Shown here: positions 13,226-25,889 of the stretch, piece after piece
Numbering within the stretch: position 1 is the first letter of the stretch
How the letters are laid out: each line of letters starts with the position of its first letter
Source of the DNA: the human T2T-CHM13v2.0 reference genome, Homo sapiens
DNA: 64,000 bases
NCBI RefSeq assembly: GCF_009914755.1
Contig: NC_060925.1
Strand: one strand, 5' to 3'
Notes under the pieces: generated by a model
Database searches by the model: none
What the model was told of the DNA's origin: nothing
Seen by the model: the letters and a program-made list of their open reading frames with translations, nothing else
Translations under genes and position numbers: made by a program

Positions 13226-13487
13226 TTTTTTTTTGAGACAGATTCTCTCTCTCTGTTGTGCAGGCTGGAGTGCAGTGGCACAATCTAGGCTCACTGCAAC
13301 CTCAGCCTCCCGAGTAGCTAGGACTACAGGCATGTGCCAGCATACCCGGCTAATTTTTGTATTTTTAGTAGAGATGAGATTTTGCCATATTGGCCAGACT
13401 GGTCTCCAACTCCTGGCCTCAAGTTATCTGCCCACCTCGGCCTCCTAAAGTGCTAGGGTTTACAGGCATGAGCCCCCACACCCAGCC
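13226..13487 (-). mobile_element. Alu (J/S) with ~30 bp internal deletion in the right arm
   Basis: Poly-T, Alu arms; ctgcaacctc joined directly to agcctcccgagtag; TSD-like gaaaaaaaa(a)t(t)ctt on both sides. Confidence 0.93.
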
Positions 13488-13860
13488 TGAAAAAAAATTC
13501 TTGAATTAACTAATACGTACCAAGCATTATGTTATATGCTAGCCCAGACAAAAATGTGAATAAGACAGAATCTTTGCCCTTCAGATGCTCACAGTTTGAG
13601 AGGGAAAGGCAAGAAATAAGTAAATTTCAGCTCAGACATCACCTCTCCCAGGAAGCCTTCCCTGATCCTCTCAGTTTGAGTTAGGGCTGCTTCAAGCTCC
13701 ACCTTAACAGTCTGTGCTTGTTTGTTTCATAATTATCTTCATTTATTTAACAAACATTTATTAAGCCAGGCATTAGGGATATAAAACCAAATGAGGCTTT
13801 CAGTGTGAAGGAGGAAACAAATATACAGATGAACGAGTGCAAAAAAAAAAAAAAAATCAT

Positions 13861-14159
13861 GACTGGGTACAGTGACTCACGCCTGTAATCCCAGCAGTTT
13901 GGGAGGCCAAGACAGGCAGATCACTTGAGGTCAGGAGTTCAAGACCAACCAGACCAACATGGCAAAACCATGTGTCTACTAAAAATACAAAAATTAGCCA
14001 GGCGTGATGGGGCATGCCTGTAGTCCCAGCTACCCAGGAGGCTGAGGCAGAAGAATTGCTTGAAGTCAGAGACTGCAGTGAGCCAAGACCACATCACTGA
14101 ACCCCAGCCTGGACAACAGAGTGAGATTCCATCTAAAAAATAAAATTAAAAAAAAAAAA
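13861..14159 (+). mobile_element. AluS-type element
   Basis: Dimeric Alu with A tail; flanked by A(n)tca direct repeats. Confidence 0.93.
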
Positions 14160-14530
14160 TCACTACTGCAACTCTCTGACCCCAAGGCTGAGCTTCTGAA
14201 GATTGGGTCCAGTAAATCTTGCTGAATGAATGAATGAAAAGGTGGATGTATGAATAAATGAGTGCTGTGGTGTAGATGAATGAGTTACAAACTATATGAC
14301 CATGCATTTGAACAGAGGCCATTTAAACTGGGTTTCAAAAGTAGAATAGGAGTCTGCAGGGAGAAAGCAAATGTACCTCAGACAAGGGCATGGCTGTGGG
14401 AAGAAGCGTGCAGATGGGGGAGCTGTGGAGAGTTTGGTACTGAGGAATCTGGCAAAGAAGCAGAGGGAACCAGGTCTGGAAGGGCCACGTGGGTTCTAAT
14501 GAGTTTGCAGTTTGCTGTGATGATGATTAA

Positions 14531-14863
<333 letters not shown>

Positions 14864-15237
14864 CTAACTTTTTATTTCAGCTTGCTCATTCTGCCATGGG
14901 TTGGAGGAAGTGCAATTGAGTCTGTAGAGGATGGTCCAAAGGGCCAGGTAAGAGATGATCTTTACTTATGTGGCAGAAACAGACAGAGAAAGACACTGAA
15001 ATTAAGAAATACTTAGGAAGTATGGCAGACAGGATTTGGCAACAAATTGGCCTGGAAGGTGCATTCATTTATTCAACAAATATTTATGGAACCTTGACTG
15101 TGTATGAGGCACCATTCTAGACACTGAACAAGAGAGCCAATGTCTCCACGCCCATGAAACTTACACTGGGGGAGGGTGGAGGTTACATAAATAAACAAGC
15201 AAACAAAAATAAACATGATAAGAATGTGCCATGCCAT

Positions 15238-15412
15238 GAAGTTGGGCAAGTTGTTTAATTTTTCTGTGGCTCAATTTCCTCATCTGTTAACTGGGGACAT
15301 TAGTAGAACCCCCCTCATAGGGTGGTTGTAAGGGTTTAATGAGTTAATGTATGTTCAGAGCTTAGAACAACGCCTGTCCCATAGTAAGCACTCTGTAAGT
15401 ATTAGCTATTAT
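15238..15412 (+). mobile_element. MIR fragment embedded in minus-strand L2 pieces (~14880-15810)
   Basis: ttgggcaagttgtttaatttttctgtggctcaatttcctcatctgt...catagtaagcactc. Confidence 0.7.
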
Positions 15413-15814
15413 AACAAGAAAAACAACATATTAAAATGCACGGAGGTACTTCCATCCTAGAGCTAGGGAAAGGTGACTTTGGTTAGCAGGTGAAGGAAGG
15501 ATTCTCTGGGTTGCTTACTCTTGAGCTGGAACTAAAAAATGGATAGAATAACCAAAAATGCAAAGTTCTAGGAAAAAGTGCTCCAGACAAGGGAAAGATC
15601 CTGAGGCTGGAATTAGGAGCATCCAAAAAATAGAGAGTCAGCATGGCCAGAGTGCAGTGAACAAAGACAGGGCTGAGAAATAAAACCAGAGGCGGGCCAA
15701 GGATAGATCCTGAGGGGCCTGCTGCAATAGTGGTGGGAAGGAAGCTGTTGGATGGCTTTACATAAAACAGTGATCTCCTTTGATTTCCATCTTTAAAACA
15801 TCACTCCATAGGCT

Positions 15815-16790
15815 TACAGTAGGATGCAAAATATGGCTACTATTCTCTCCAATTCCTGTGAGCTCACCCCTTTGCCATGTGGTACAGCTGCTCCCCCATC
15901 AAGAGAAGGAGTCTATTTCTCTATCCACTTGGTTCTGAGCTGGCCTTAGGAAATTCCTTTGATCAAGAGAAGGCAGCAGAAGTTATTTGGGGAGCTCAAA
16001 AGCCAGATCTCAAGTACAACACTGCACAGCTTCCACTCTTAGCCTCCTGCTGCCATGTATATTAATCATATTTTTTACTTTGTTTTATAATGTTTTGACA
16101 TCTTTGGGGAGCTTTGCTGGCTGGGGAGAGACTACCCCTCTCTAGCTAATTCCTAGAGACAGTGAACAGCTTGTCGGTGAGCATGCCTCTCATATACAGA
16201 CCAACCAACCCACATGCATGCCCCCAGCCACCTCCTTCCTCCAACTCTCACACATGAGGCAATCCCCTGCCCTAAATCAACCTAGGACCAAGTACCAGAC
16301 AGCAAGCAACAGCCCTAATGCTCCAAAGCCCACTGGAATTATTCAAACTAGCCAATCCTAAACCGTTTGCCCTGCCCTGCCTTGCCTTCCTGCGGAAACC
16401 CAATAGAGGGCATGGCTTCCACTCCCTCCTTTCTGCCTCCTGACCACCACTGACGCTTCCCTCTGTGGCCCCGTGTGGCAAGCTGTTCCGTGCCTCTTAT
16501 TTCTAGGGGAACTGGGAGTAACATTCAACTTTTCTTTCAATGGCACTGACTCATGTCATCACCTAGTCACCTTTATAATGTAAGACCCAAGCACAAATTG
16601 CCCTTTGAAGGAACTCAGGCTAGCCCACTGGAAGATGGGACCACAAAAAGCAGAGACAAACTGTCCCAGCTGAAGGTCCCTGGACCACCCAGCCCCGGCT
16701 GATTTGTCACTGACTGCAGCTCAGTGAGTGACCCCCAGAGAGACCCACAGAAAACCCACTGTGTGTCCAGGGTTCTGGGGTGGTCCTAGG
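15815..16790 (+). mobile_element. MLT1 (F/G/H-like) LTR split by the LTR at 16056-16595
   Basis: gctcccccatcaagagaaggagtctatttctc...; resumes ...gactgcagctcagtgagtgacccc. Confidence 0.55.
16056..16595 (+). mobile_element. MER54/MER74-family ERVL solo LTR
   Basis: tgtatattaatcat...ttgacatctttgggg...aattcctagagac...aattattcaaactagccaatcctaa matches recalled family consensus. Confidence 0.7.
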
Positions 16791-16853
16791 TGACCAGCTT
16801 CCCCAGGGGTGACTTCTCCCTTTCGATCCAATTCACATCAAAGATGAGTCTCA

Positions 16854-17157
16854 GGCCTGGCACAGTGGCTCACAGTGCTCACTCCCAGCACTGTGGGAGG
16901 CCAAGGCGGGCGGATCACTTGAGGTCAGGAGTTTGTGACTAGCCTGGCCAACATAGTGAAACCCCACCTCTACTAAAAAATACAAAAATTAGCCAGGAGT
17001 GGTGGTGATGCATGCCTGCAATCCCAGCTACTTGGGAGGCTGAGGCAGGAGAATTGCTTGAACCCTGGAGGTAGAGGTTGCAGTGAGCCAAGTCGCGCCA
17101 CTGCACTCCTCCCTGGGTGACAGAGTGAGACTCTGTCTTAAAAAAAAAAAAAAAAAA
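16854..17157 (+). mobile_element. AluS (Sx-like)
   Basis: Dimeric Alu, A tail. Confidence 0.95.
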
Positions 17158-17339
17158 GTGAGCCTTAAACACCATGTGATGCCTAAGCAGTTTATTCTGG
17201 CCCTGCTCCAGTGAGACAGAAAGCGGGAGCAGCCCAGTGGTGGCATGAGCCAGATACAGTCAGAGGGTCAGACGATCAACTGACCAGGAGGATGGATGTC
17301 AGTGCAGAAACCATTCTCAGAATCTGGGGGATTCTTTCC

Positions 17340-19150
17340 CCTTTCTTATACCTGCCTATTAAACATCCAAATGGAAATGTTGAGCTCTAAGTTGGACATT
17401 CACACTGGAGCTCCAGGGAGATGTCTAGGCGGGAGACATAAAGCTGTGAGTCATTCAACTTATAGAAGATGTTGAAAGCTGTGGGTCTTAGGAGATCACC
17501 TATAAAAACATGGAAAGAGGAGAAAAAGAGGATCCAGAATCCACATGGGCTAGACATTGTGCAGAGGAGGAGGAGAGGGCAAGGAGGGCAAGTAGAATAG
17601 AAGTAGCAGTGAGGGAGGCCAGGGGGAAAGAATAATGCGTTTGCAGGATAAATGGGTCAGAAGAGAAAGGACTGTTACATCGGGCAAGGTATAGGTCATT
17701 GCTGGCCATGATAAGAGCAGTTTCAGTGGCATTGTGAAGACAAGGGCCAAGTTCTGGTATGTAGAGGGGAGAGTGAGAGATGTGGAAGTAAAGGCAGTGG
17801 ATTCAAGCAAGTCCTTTGAGAAGTTTTATTGTGAAGGACACATAAAAAATGAACAACACTAGGGTGGGGCATGGGGTCAAGGGAAGGAACTTTTGTTTTA
17901 CACTTTTATGATTGTGAAATGTAGCAGACATTCAAAAGAATAGCTGTAGTACATATATGCCGTTCAAAGGAATTTTTCTTTTCTTCTTTTTTAAAGATGA
18001 GAGGTGCTACAGCATTTTGTATGCTAATGGGATGATCCAGTTGAGACAGGAGAAACTGATGATGCAGGAAAGAGAAAGGATATTTACAGGAACAAAGTCC
18101 TTGAGAAGGGGAGAAAGAACAGGATCCAGGGCCCGAGTGGAGGGGTCGGCCTCTGTTAAGAGTAGGGACACGTCTTTCATTGTCATAGAAGGAGGTTTGT
18201 CAATTTCTTGATGGAAAGACACAGGAGTTCCTGTCTGATTGCTTCTAAGGCTCAGTGAAGTATAAGGCAAGGTCATCAGCTGACAGTGAGGGAGGGAGGG
18301 GCAGTGTTTGAGCAGAGAGAGACTGCCCGCCCTCTCAGAGTGGGGAAGGGGAGGTAGGAAGGAAAGGTTATGGCATTGCTGGGCAGCGTCAGATGCCCAT
18401 CTGAGGTTTGTGGTCACAGATTCAAAGTGAGATCAGTCAGCAGGGTTACAAGGGTTTCTCCAGCAATACTCAGAGGCCTGGGTGCAGATTCCAGGAAGAC
18501 CAATAGATAGGGTTAGCCAGGACAGAGGTTTTGCTGGAAGAGAGTTAAGGACATTTGTAAGGAAATGATTACAATCCATATGATATAGTTTGGCTCTGCG
18601 TCCCCACCCAAATCTCATCTCGAATGGTAATTGCCACGTTTGAGGGAGGGACCTGGTGGGAGGATCATGTGGGCGGTTTCCTCCACGCTGTTCTCATGAT
18701 AGGGAGGGAGTTCTCATGAGATCTGATGGTTTATAAGCAGTGATTTCCCCTGTGAGTTATCTCTCTCCTGCTGCCATGCAAGATGTGCCTTGCTTCCCCT
18801 TTGCCTTCCACCATGATTGTAAGTTTACAAAGAACTCCCCAGCCATGTGGAACTGTGAGCCAATTAAAGCTCTTTCCTTTATAAATTACCCAGTCTCAGT
18901 GATTCTTTATAGCAGTGTGAGAATAGACTAATACACCATGCTTAGCTGGTTAAGGAAGGGGGAGATGACATGGTGGGAGGGGGTCAAGAAAGACTGAAGG
19001 CAGCTCCCAGGTTTTTGCCACCCACCTACAGGCACCATTTGCCAAGATGCCATTCCCATATAGGAGGAAGTCCAGGTTTGGGAGGAGGACTCTGAGTGGA
19101 GATGTTGATAGGTGTGTCTGTGGGGATGCAGGTAGACAGATATCACTCCC
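17340..19150 (-). mobile_element. Long L2 fragment interrupted by THE1D
   Basis: Antisense L2 motifs (gtcattgctggccatgataagagcagtttcagtgg; aagtccttgagaaggggagaaagaacaggatccagggcccgagtggaggggtcggcct). Confidence 0.7.
18581..18935 (+). mobile_element. THE1D-like MaLR solo LTR
   Basis: tgatatagtttggctctgcgtccccacccaaatctcatctcgaat...gactaataca; TSD ccata/ccatg. Confidence 0.9.
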
Positions 19151-20906
19151 ACCTTGCTGGACCCTCTGGCCTTCCCTTGTCCCCTAGCTGAAAAGGTGAA
19201 AGACAACCTCATTGGCCCCAGTGCCCAGTGTCCCGCACAGGCAACTGCAACCTCCCTCTTTCTTTAGGAATCTGTCAGGGCCTGTTTGCTGGTCTTTTCA
19301 GTTTAATACATTTTAATCAGAAAATTAATCAGGAAACACCAGTTCAGCAGATAATTGAACAATGAGGCGACATGATAATTGCTGTTTAGTCTAATTAACT
19401 TTGTTAAGTCTTTATTGGCAACAGACTTCCTGAATGAAACTTATTAAATGTCCTTCCCTGGAAAACTCAGTTCCTATTCAAAGGAAAAGTTGTAGGGTCT
19501 GTCTGTCTGTCTGCATTGTTTCCAGAAAAAGGATATTGGCCCTGCAGCAGTCCTGTGGGCCACGGAGATTTGTCAACCTTCCTTTTGGCCCTGCCCAGCT
19601 TCCTTTTCTCTAGAACTGCACGCATCCCAGCTCAGGGGCACAGGACTCACCGTCTCAGCCAGTCCTGAGAGCCACTGCACTAGGCCACCTCTTTTTCCAA
19701 ACCACGTGACTTGCAGCCCATTAGTCTTGTTCTCCTCTTATGGTTTGGGGATCTTCTTGAATAGGGCCATTCAGAGTCCTGGAGCGGGCACTAAGCCCCC
19801 TCCAGGGGAAGGGACCATCTGTGAAAATCACCTACAGGTATGAGTTGGCACACATTATGTACCAAGAGGCATCTGGCCCCAAGTTGTGTAAAAGCAGGCT
19901 ATCGACCTGAATTATCCAATAAAGAGCTGCTTGATCGGGGCAGGCCCTTTGCAAAGGTGATGCCGACTTCAATGGCTCCAAAGGTGTGCAAAGTGTTTGG
20001 TTCATGCACTAAATGTTTTTCTCCTTAGAGTCTCTTCTTGCTCTTTTCTCTGTGATCATTTCTTATCTAGGTCCTCTCAGAGGGGACTTGCTTCTAATCT
20101 GCTTCCTCACTACACACAGCTAGTTCCCTTCTGTGGGAACACACAGCTCCAAATTCCCCTGTGGAGATCATTCCTGGTACTAGCACCAGTAGACACAGAA
20201 GGGGCATCTAGCTCATGGAAGCCCCAGAGATTTTACTGAATGACCCATCATGGGATCTAGAAGACAGATGTTGCCTGCTGAGTTCAAAAGTGGACATTCA
20301 GAATATGCTTGGTGGAAAGAGAAACACCAGCTTCTGCCATTGCAACTTTGCACAATTACCTTTGGTTTCAAGTCCCTCTGGGCACCACAACAGCAATTAC
20401 CAAGAGGGCCACCTGCCATCGTAACCATTGCCCCTTTTTCAGGGATACTTGTCCTGGGAGTCCCCTCCTACCTCCTTATTGTGAACTCTTGACATCTAGG
20501 ATTTTCAGCACCTGCTCCTAAGTACCAAAGGGTTCGGTTATCCTGGACAAGTGGTATTATTTTAGTGTGCTCTGTCCTGTCCAATATCAATAGGCCAAAC
20601 CGATATTAAATTTACACAGATCCCAAATGTCAACTGGTGGCAGAGGTGACAGTGAACTATTCTAAGATGAAAGGAAGTACAGATCATTACCAGGTGGTTT
20701 TGGCTTAACGGGCAAAGAAATGAAGAGTGACAAGTGGCTGTTTTTGCATACTCCATGAAACCATCTCCTCATTGCTGGAAATGTACCCCTCAACCTGTCC
20801 TCCAGCTAATTCTGAGAGTTTTCAAGGGTACGGCCTTGAATGCTCCAGAATGAGCCCCTTGGCTGGTCTGCTTGCTGCTGCTGTGGGCTCTGGTGAGGTC
20901 ACCAGG

Positions 20907-21269
20907 TGATATGGTTTGGCTGTGTCCCAACTCAAATCTCATCTTGAATTGTAGCTCCCATAATTCCCATGTGTCTTGGGAGGGACCCAGTGGAAGGCAA
21001 TTGAATCATGGGAGCAGGTCTTTCCAGTGCTGTTCTCATGATAGTGGATAAGTTTCACAACATCTGATGGTTTTATAAAGAGGAGTTACCCTGCACAAGC
21101 TCTCTTGCCTCCTGCCATGTAAGACGTGACTTTGTTCCTCATTCACCTTCTGCCATGATTGTGAGGCCTCCAAGCCACGTAGAAATGTGAGTCAATTAAA
21201 CCTCTTTCCTTTATAAATTACCCAGTCTTGGGTATGTCTTTATTAGCAGTGTGAGAATAGACTAATACA
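20907..21269 (+). mobile_element. THE1B/C MaLR solo LTR
   Basis: tgatatggtttggctgtgtcc...gactaataca; perfect TSD CCAGG. Confidence 0.93.
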
Positions 21270-22591
21270 CCAGGCTACTGAGCCTAGCTGTCCTCTCCTG
21301 ATCCACCACTGACATCCACTTCTGAGGCCCTCAATCGAAACTGGCTGTTCCTTCTAAACCCCAGATTATTATCTTCCCCAATCCACCACCCCCCAATCCC
21401 AAACTGAAGGTTTAGGACTCAAGAAAGGGAAGCACAACAGAAAGAATAATTTAGAACTGCTACTAGAAGAGGCCACTCTTTGAACCCACAGACCCAACTC
21501 CAACTTTAAAACCTCTTACTGGACTGGTTCCCTCCCTGGCTGCTGGCCAGCCTTCCCACTCTGGAGTCCAGACCTGCCTCCCAAATCCTCACATCCTATC
21601 CCCAAATGGGAACCCCTACTGAAACTGACCCCCACCCACCCACAAGGGAGACATCTGGCATCAAGTCCATAACAAGGCAGCCCCACAAGAATCCCCCGGT
21701 ACACTTCCCAGAGTCTGGCTCTCCAAGATTACAACTAGGAACAACTGCCGCAGAAAAATCTCACCAACTAGATACAAATGTGGCAATTTACAGGCCTGGG
21801 GCAGTCTCGATCCAGAATTAGAAAGGAAACATTTCTCTAAAGGAAACATAATTTGCAGAGGCCTGATTCCGCTAAAATACCCACCTGATTTCCATTACTA
21901 AGCAGTACACCTAACATCTCAGTCTGAAGCAATGGCATTTAGGTCTTGGAGAACCAGGGAAAGCACTTGCTTCTCATTTACATAACTACAAGGGCCCACT
22001 CAAGAGGTTCTGCCAAGAACAAAGGGACAGTCTGCCCTAAAGGTAAATTTCAGTCTCCACCCTTAAAGACAGAAACTGCTCAAAATTTTTACAATACTGC
22101 TCAAAATTTTTTCAGCTACAAAAATTGTAAGGTCTGAGTCTCTACCAGGCATCCTATTACATAAGGAGTAGAAGGAGGACGATAAATGTGACGGCAGGGA
22201 TGATGCTGTATTTATCTCCTGCCCTGGCTAATGCCCAGCTCAAGACTCTCTGCATATCTAATAGGTCCTCAACAAATCGTTGTTGAATGAGATGGCATAA
22301 ACTGGAACAAGTGTGAGATCCTGTGTGGGGCAGCTGGAGATAAAAAACAGAGAGGCACTGCAGGCCCATCTATGCAAACTATTAATAGAAATTGCCGGTG
22401 GAGGTCTGGATGCTATAGGTTTAGAGAGGCCAAGTTCCTCCAGCAAGGCTGTGAAGTCAAGCCTTTGGCCCTGATTACAACCCCAGCTGAGGGCACATGG
22501 CTCTGGGCCAGTGGAGTTTGGCTGTGACTTGTATAATAATAATACTAATAGCCTACGTGGCACTGTATGTATCAGCACATTTAATCATCAC

Positions 22592-23022
22592 TTTCATGTG
22601 CGTCCGTGTGAAGAGACAACCAAACAGGCTTCATGTGAGCAATAAAGCTGTTTATTTCACCTGGGTACAGGTGGGCTGAGTCCGAAAAGAGAGTCAGCCA
22701 AGGGTGGTGGATTATCATTAGTTCTTATAGGTTTTGGGATAGGCAGTGAAGTTAAGAGCAATGTTTTGCGGGCAGGGGTGGATCTCATAAAGTACATTCT
22801 CAAGGGTGGGGAGAATTACAAAGAATCTTCTTAAGGGTGGGGGAGATTACAAAGTACATTGATCAGTTAGGATGGGGCAGGAATAAATCACAATGGTGGA
22901 ATGTCATCAGTTAAGGCTATTTTTACTTCTTTTGTGGATCTTCAGTTACTTCAGGCCATCTGGATGTATACGTGCAAGTCACAGGGGATGCGATGGCTTG
23001 GCTTGGGCTCAGAGGCCTGACA
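22592..23022 (-). promoter_or_regulatory. HERV-H 3' LTR (LTR7Y/LTR7B type), 431 bp, with TATA and polyA signal
   Basis: Minus strand tgtcaggcctctgagcccaagccaagccatcgc...cacacggacgcacatgaaa; repeated ctttgtaat..ccccaccctt units; cctataagaac at 22721-22731; AATAAA at 22651-22656. Confidence 0.9.
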
Positions 23023-23699
23023 TTCCTGCCTTCTTATATTAATAAGAAAAATAAAATAAAATCGTGTTGAAGTCTCGGGGCAGCGAAAATTTTTGGGGAT
23101 GGTATGGAGAGAGAATGGGCGATGTTTCTCAGGGCTGCTTTGAGTGGGATTAGGGGCGGTGTGGGAACCTAGATCGGGAGAGATTAAGCTGAAGGGAGAT
23201 CTTGTGGTAAGGGGTGATATTGTGGGGTTGTTAGAAGAAACATTTGTCGTGTAGAATTATTGGTGATGGCCTGGATACGGTTTTGTATGAATTGAAAAAC
23301 TAGATGGAATAAGAAAAGGAGAAAAACAGGTACAAAAGGTCTAAGAATTGGGAGAACCTAGGACGTCTAATTAGAGAGTGCCTAAGGAGATTCAACATAG
23401 TCCTGCCAGCAAAGATTATTTATTTACTTCAAGAGTTAAGAGTGGCAGTTTGGGGATAGCACGAGGAGATATCAGCTGTGATGGCTTGGAGAAACAGTAT
23501 AAACCAGCAGTGTAAACAAGAGCAGGGCATGTATGAGTAGTTGAGAACGGTGAATAGGAGTATGACTAGACAGAAGATAGTAGGGATGACAAGTTTTTTG
23601 GGGGCACAGTCTAAGTTGCTCTGGTGTCTGGAAGGAGACCAGGGCCTAATAAAAAGGAGCATTTATACAGGAGCTTAAATGAGCTGTACCTTGTAGCAT

Positions 23700-25400
23700 T
23701 CTGAGGACAGGTCTGACTTCTGAGAAGGGAAAGTGGTAAAAGTATTGTCCAGTCCTTTTTAAGTTGGTGGCTGAGCTTGGTGAGGTGTGTTTTTAAAAGA
23801 CCTTTAGTCCGTTCTACTTTTCTTGAAGACAGAGGACCGTAAGGGATATAAAGTTTTCACTGAATATTCAGAGCCTGAAAAACTGCTTGGCTGATTTGAC
23901 TAATAAAGGCTGGTCTGTTAATCAGACTGTAGAGAGGTGGGAAAGCTAAACTGAGGAATTATGTCTGACAGAGGGGAAGAAATGACTGCATGGCCTTCTC
24001 AGACCCTATAGGAAAGGCCTCTACTTATCTAGTGAAAGTGTCTACTTAGACTAAGAGGTATTTTAGTTATCTGACTCGGGGCATGTTGAGTAAAGCTAAT
24101 TTGCCAGTCCTGGGTGGGGGCAAATCTTCAAGCTTGATGTGTAGGGAAGGGAGGGGGCCTGAATAATCCCTAAGGAGTAGTAGAATAGCAGATGGAACAC
24201 TGAGAAGTTATTTCCTTGAGGATAGATTTCCACAATGGAAAGGAAATGAGAGGTTCTAAGAGGCGGGCTAGTGGCTTGTGCTATAGCATAGCCTGCCTTT
24301 GCTGGTGTGTGGCGATTAGGCCTGGTGGAACTGCCATTAATAAATCAAGCGTGATCAGGGTGAGGAACAGGAAGGAAGGAAATATGGGGAAATGGAGTGA
24401 ATGTCAGGTGGATCAGAGAGATACAGTCATGGGGGTCAGGTGTGGGATCAGGAATAATGTGGGAGGCCGGATTGAAGTCCGGGCCAGGAACAATGGTAAT
24501 TGTGGGACTTAACAAAGAGTGAGTACAGCTGAAGGAGCCGGGGAGCAGAAAGTATATGCATCAGGTATGAGAAAGAAAATAGATTTTGGAAGTTATGAGA
24601 AATGTAGAGAGTGAGTTGAGCATAGTCTGTGATTTTTAGGGCCTCTAAAAGTATTAAAGCAGCGGCAGCTGCTGCACGCAGACATGAGAGCTAGGCTAAA
24701 ACAGTAAGGTCAAGTTGTTTGGACAGAAAGGCTACAGGGTGCGGTCCTGGCTCTTGTGTAAGAATTCTGACCGCACTAACCATGCCTAGGAAGGAAAGGA
24801 GTTGTTGTTTTGTAAGGGATTAAGGTTTGGAAGATTAATCGGACACGATCAGCAGGGAGAGCACATGTATTTTTATGAGAATTATGCCGAGATAGGTAAC
24901 AGATGAGGATGTAATTTGGGCTTGACTGAAGTAATGGGGGCTGTCTGTGAAGCCTTGCGGCAGTACAGCCCAGGTAATTTGCTGAGCCTAATGGGTGTCA
25001 GGGTCAGTCTAAGTGAAAGCAAAGAGAGGCTGGGATGAAGGGTGCAAAAGAATAGTAAAGAAAGCATGTTTGAGATCCAGAACAGAATAATGGGTAGTAG
25101 AGGGAGGTATTGAGGATAGGAGAGCATATGGGTTTGGCATCACGGGGTGGATAGGCAAAACAATTTGGTTGATAAGGGGCAGATTCTGAACTAACCAGTA
25201 AGCCTTGTCTGGTTTTTGGACAGGTAAAATGGGGGAATGGTAAGGAGAGTTCATAGGCTTTAAAAGGCCATGTTTTAGCAGGCAAGTGATAACAGGCTTT
25301 AATCCTTTTAAATCGTGCTGTGGGATGGGATCTTGGCATTAAGTGGGGTAAGGGTGGTTAGGTTTTAATGAGATGGTAAGGGGTGCATGATCGGTCGCTA
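23700..25400 (-). pseudogene. pol: HERV-H pol remnant (RT with deletions, RNase H/IN pieces), frameshifted
   Basis: ORF 25009..25254 encodes SPILPVQKPDK..LVQNL..INQ and YSVLDLKHAFF (RT N-terminal motifs); no long open frame. Confidence 0.85.
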
Positions 25401-25506
25401 AGGAGGGAGTAGAAGTATCTTATACTTGTGGGTTAAGGTGGGGGAATACAAGAGGAGGACGCAAAGGAGGCTTTGGATTGGGAAGAAGGGCGGCAACGAG
25501 ATGCAG

Positions 25507-25779
25507 CTATAGTCCAGGAATAGTCAGGGAAGCAGATAATTTGGTTAAAATATCTCGGCCTAATAAGGGAACTGGGCAGGTGGGGATAACTAAAAAAGAG
25601 TGCATAAAAGAGTATTGTCTAAGTTGGCACCAGAGTTGGGGAGTTTTAAGAGGTTTAGAAGCCTGGCTGTCAATACCCACAACAGTTATGGAGTCAAGGG
25701 AAACAGGCCCTTGAAAAGAAGGTAATGTGGAGTAGGTAGCTTCCGTATTGATTAAGAAGCGGACGGACTTACCCTCCAC
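25507..25779 (-). pseudogene. pro: HERV-H protease remnant, catalytic DTG degenerate (LINTEAT)
   Basis: FLINTEATYSTL...VVGID...PVPLLGRDILTKL retropepsin motifs. Confidence 0.85.
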
Positions 25780-25889
25780 TGTGAGAGTTACCTAAAGCTC
25801 AGCGTCCGTGATGGTCTGTGGGGCTTCCGAGGCGATAGGGCAGCATCAGTCTTCAGCTGCTAAGCCAAGAAGATCTGGGAAGCAGTCAG

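Noticed and set aside
19840-20900. Cluster of short ORFs in unique DNA as a possible processed pseudogene or ERV internal region
   Set aside because: No translation matches a family I recognise; no poly-A tail or TSD seen.
18581-21269. Two same-strand THE1 LTRs ~2 kb apart resembling a full THE1 provirus
   Set aside because: Each LTR has its own TSD (ccata/g; ccagg), they look like different subfamilies, and the spacer is L2 plus unique DNA rather than THE1-int.
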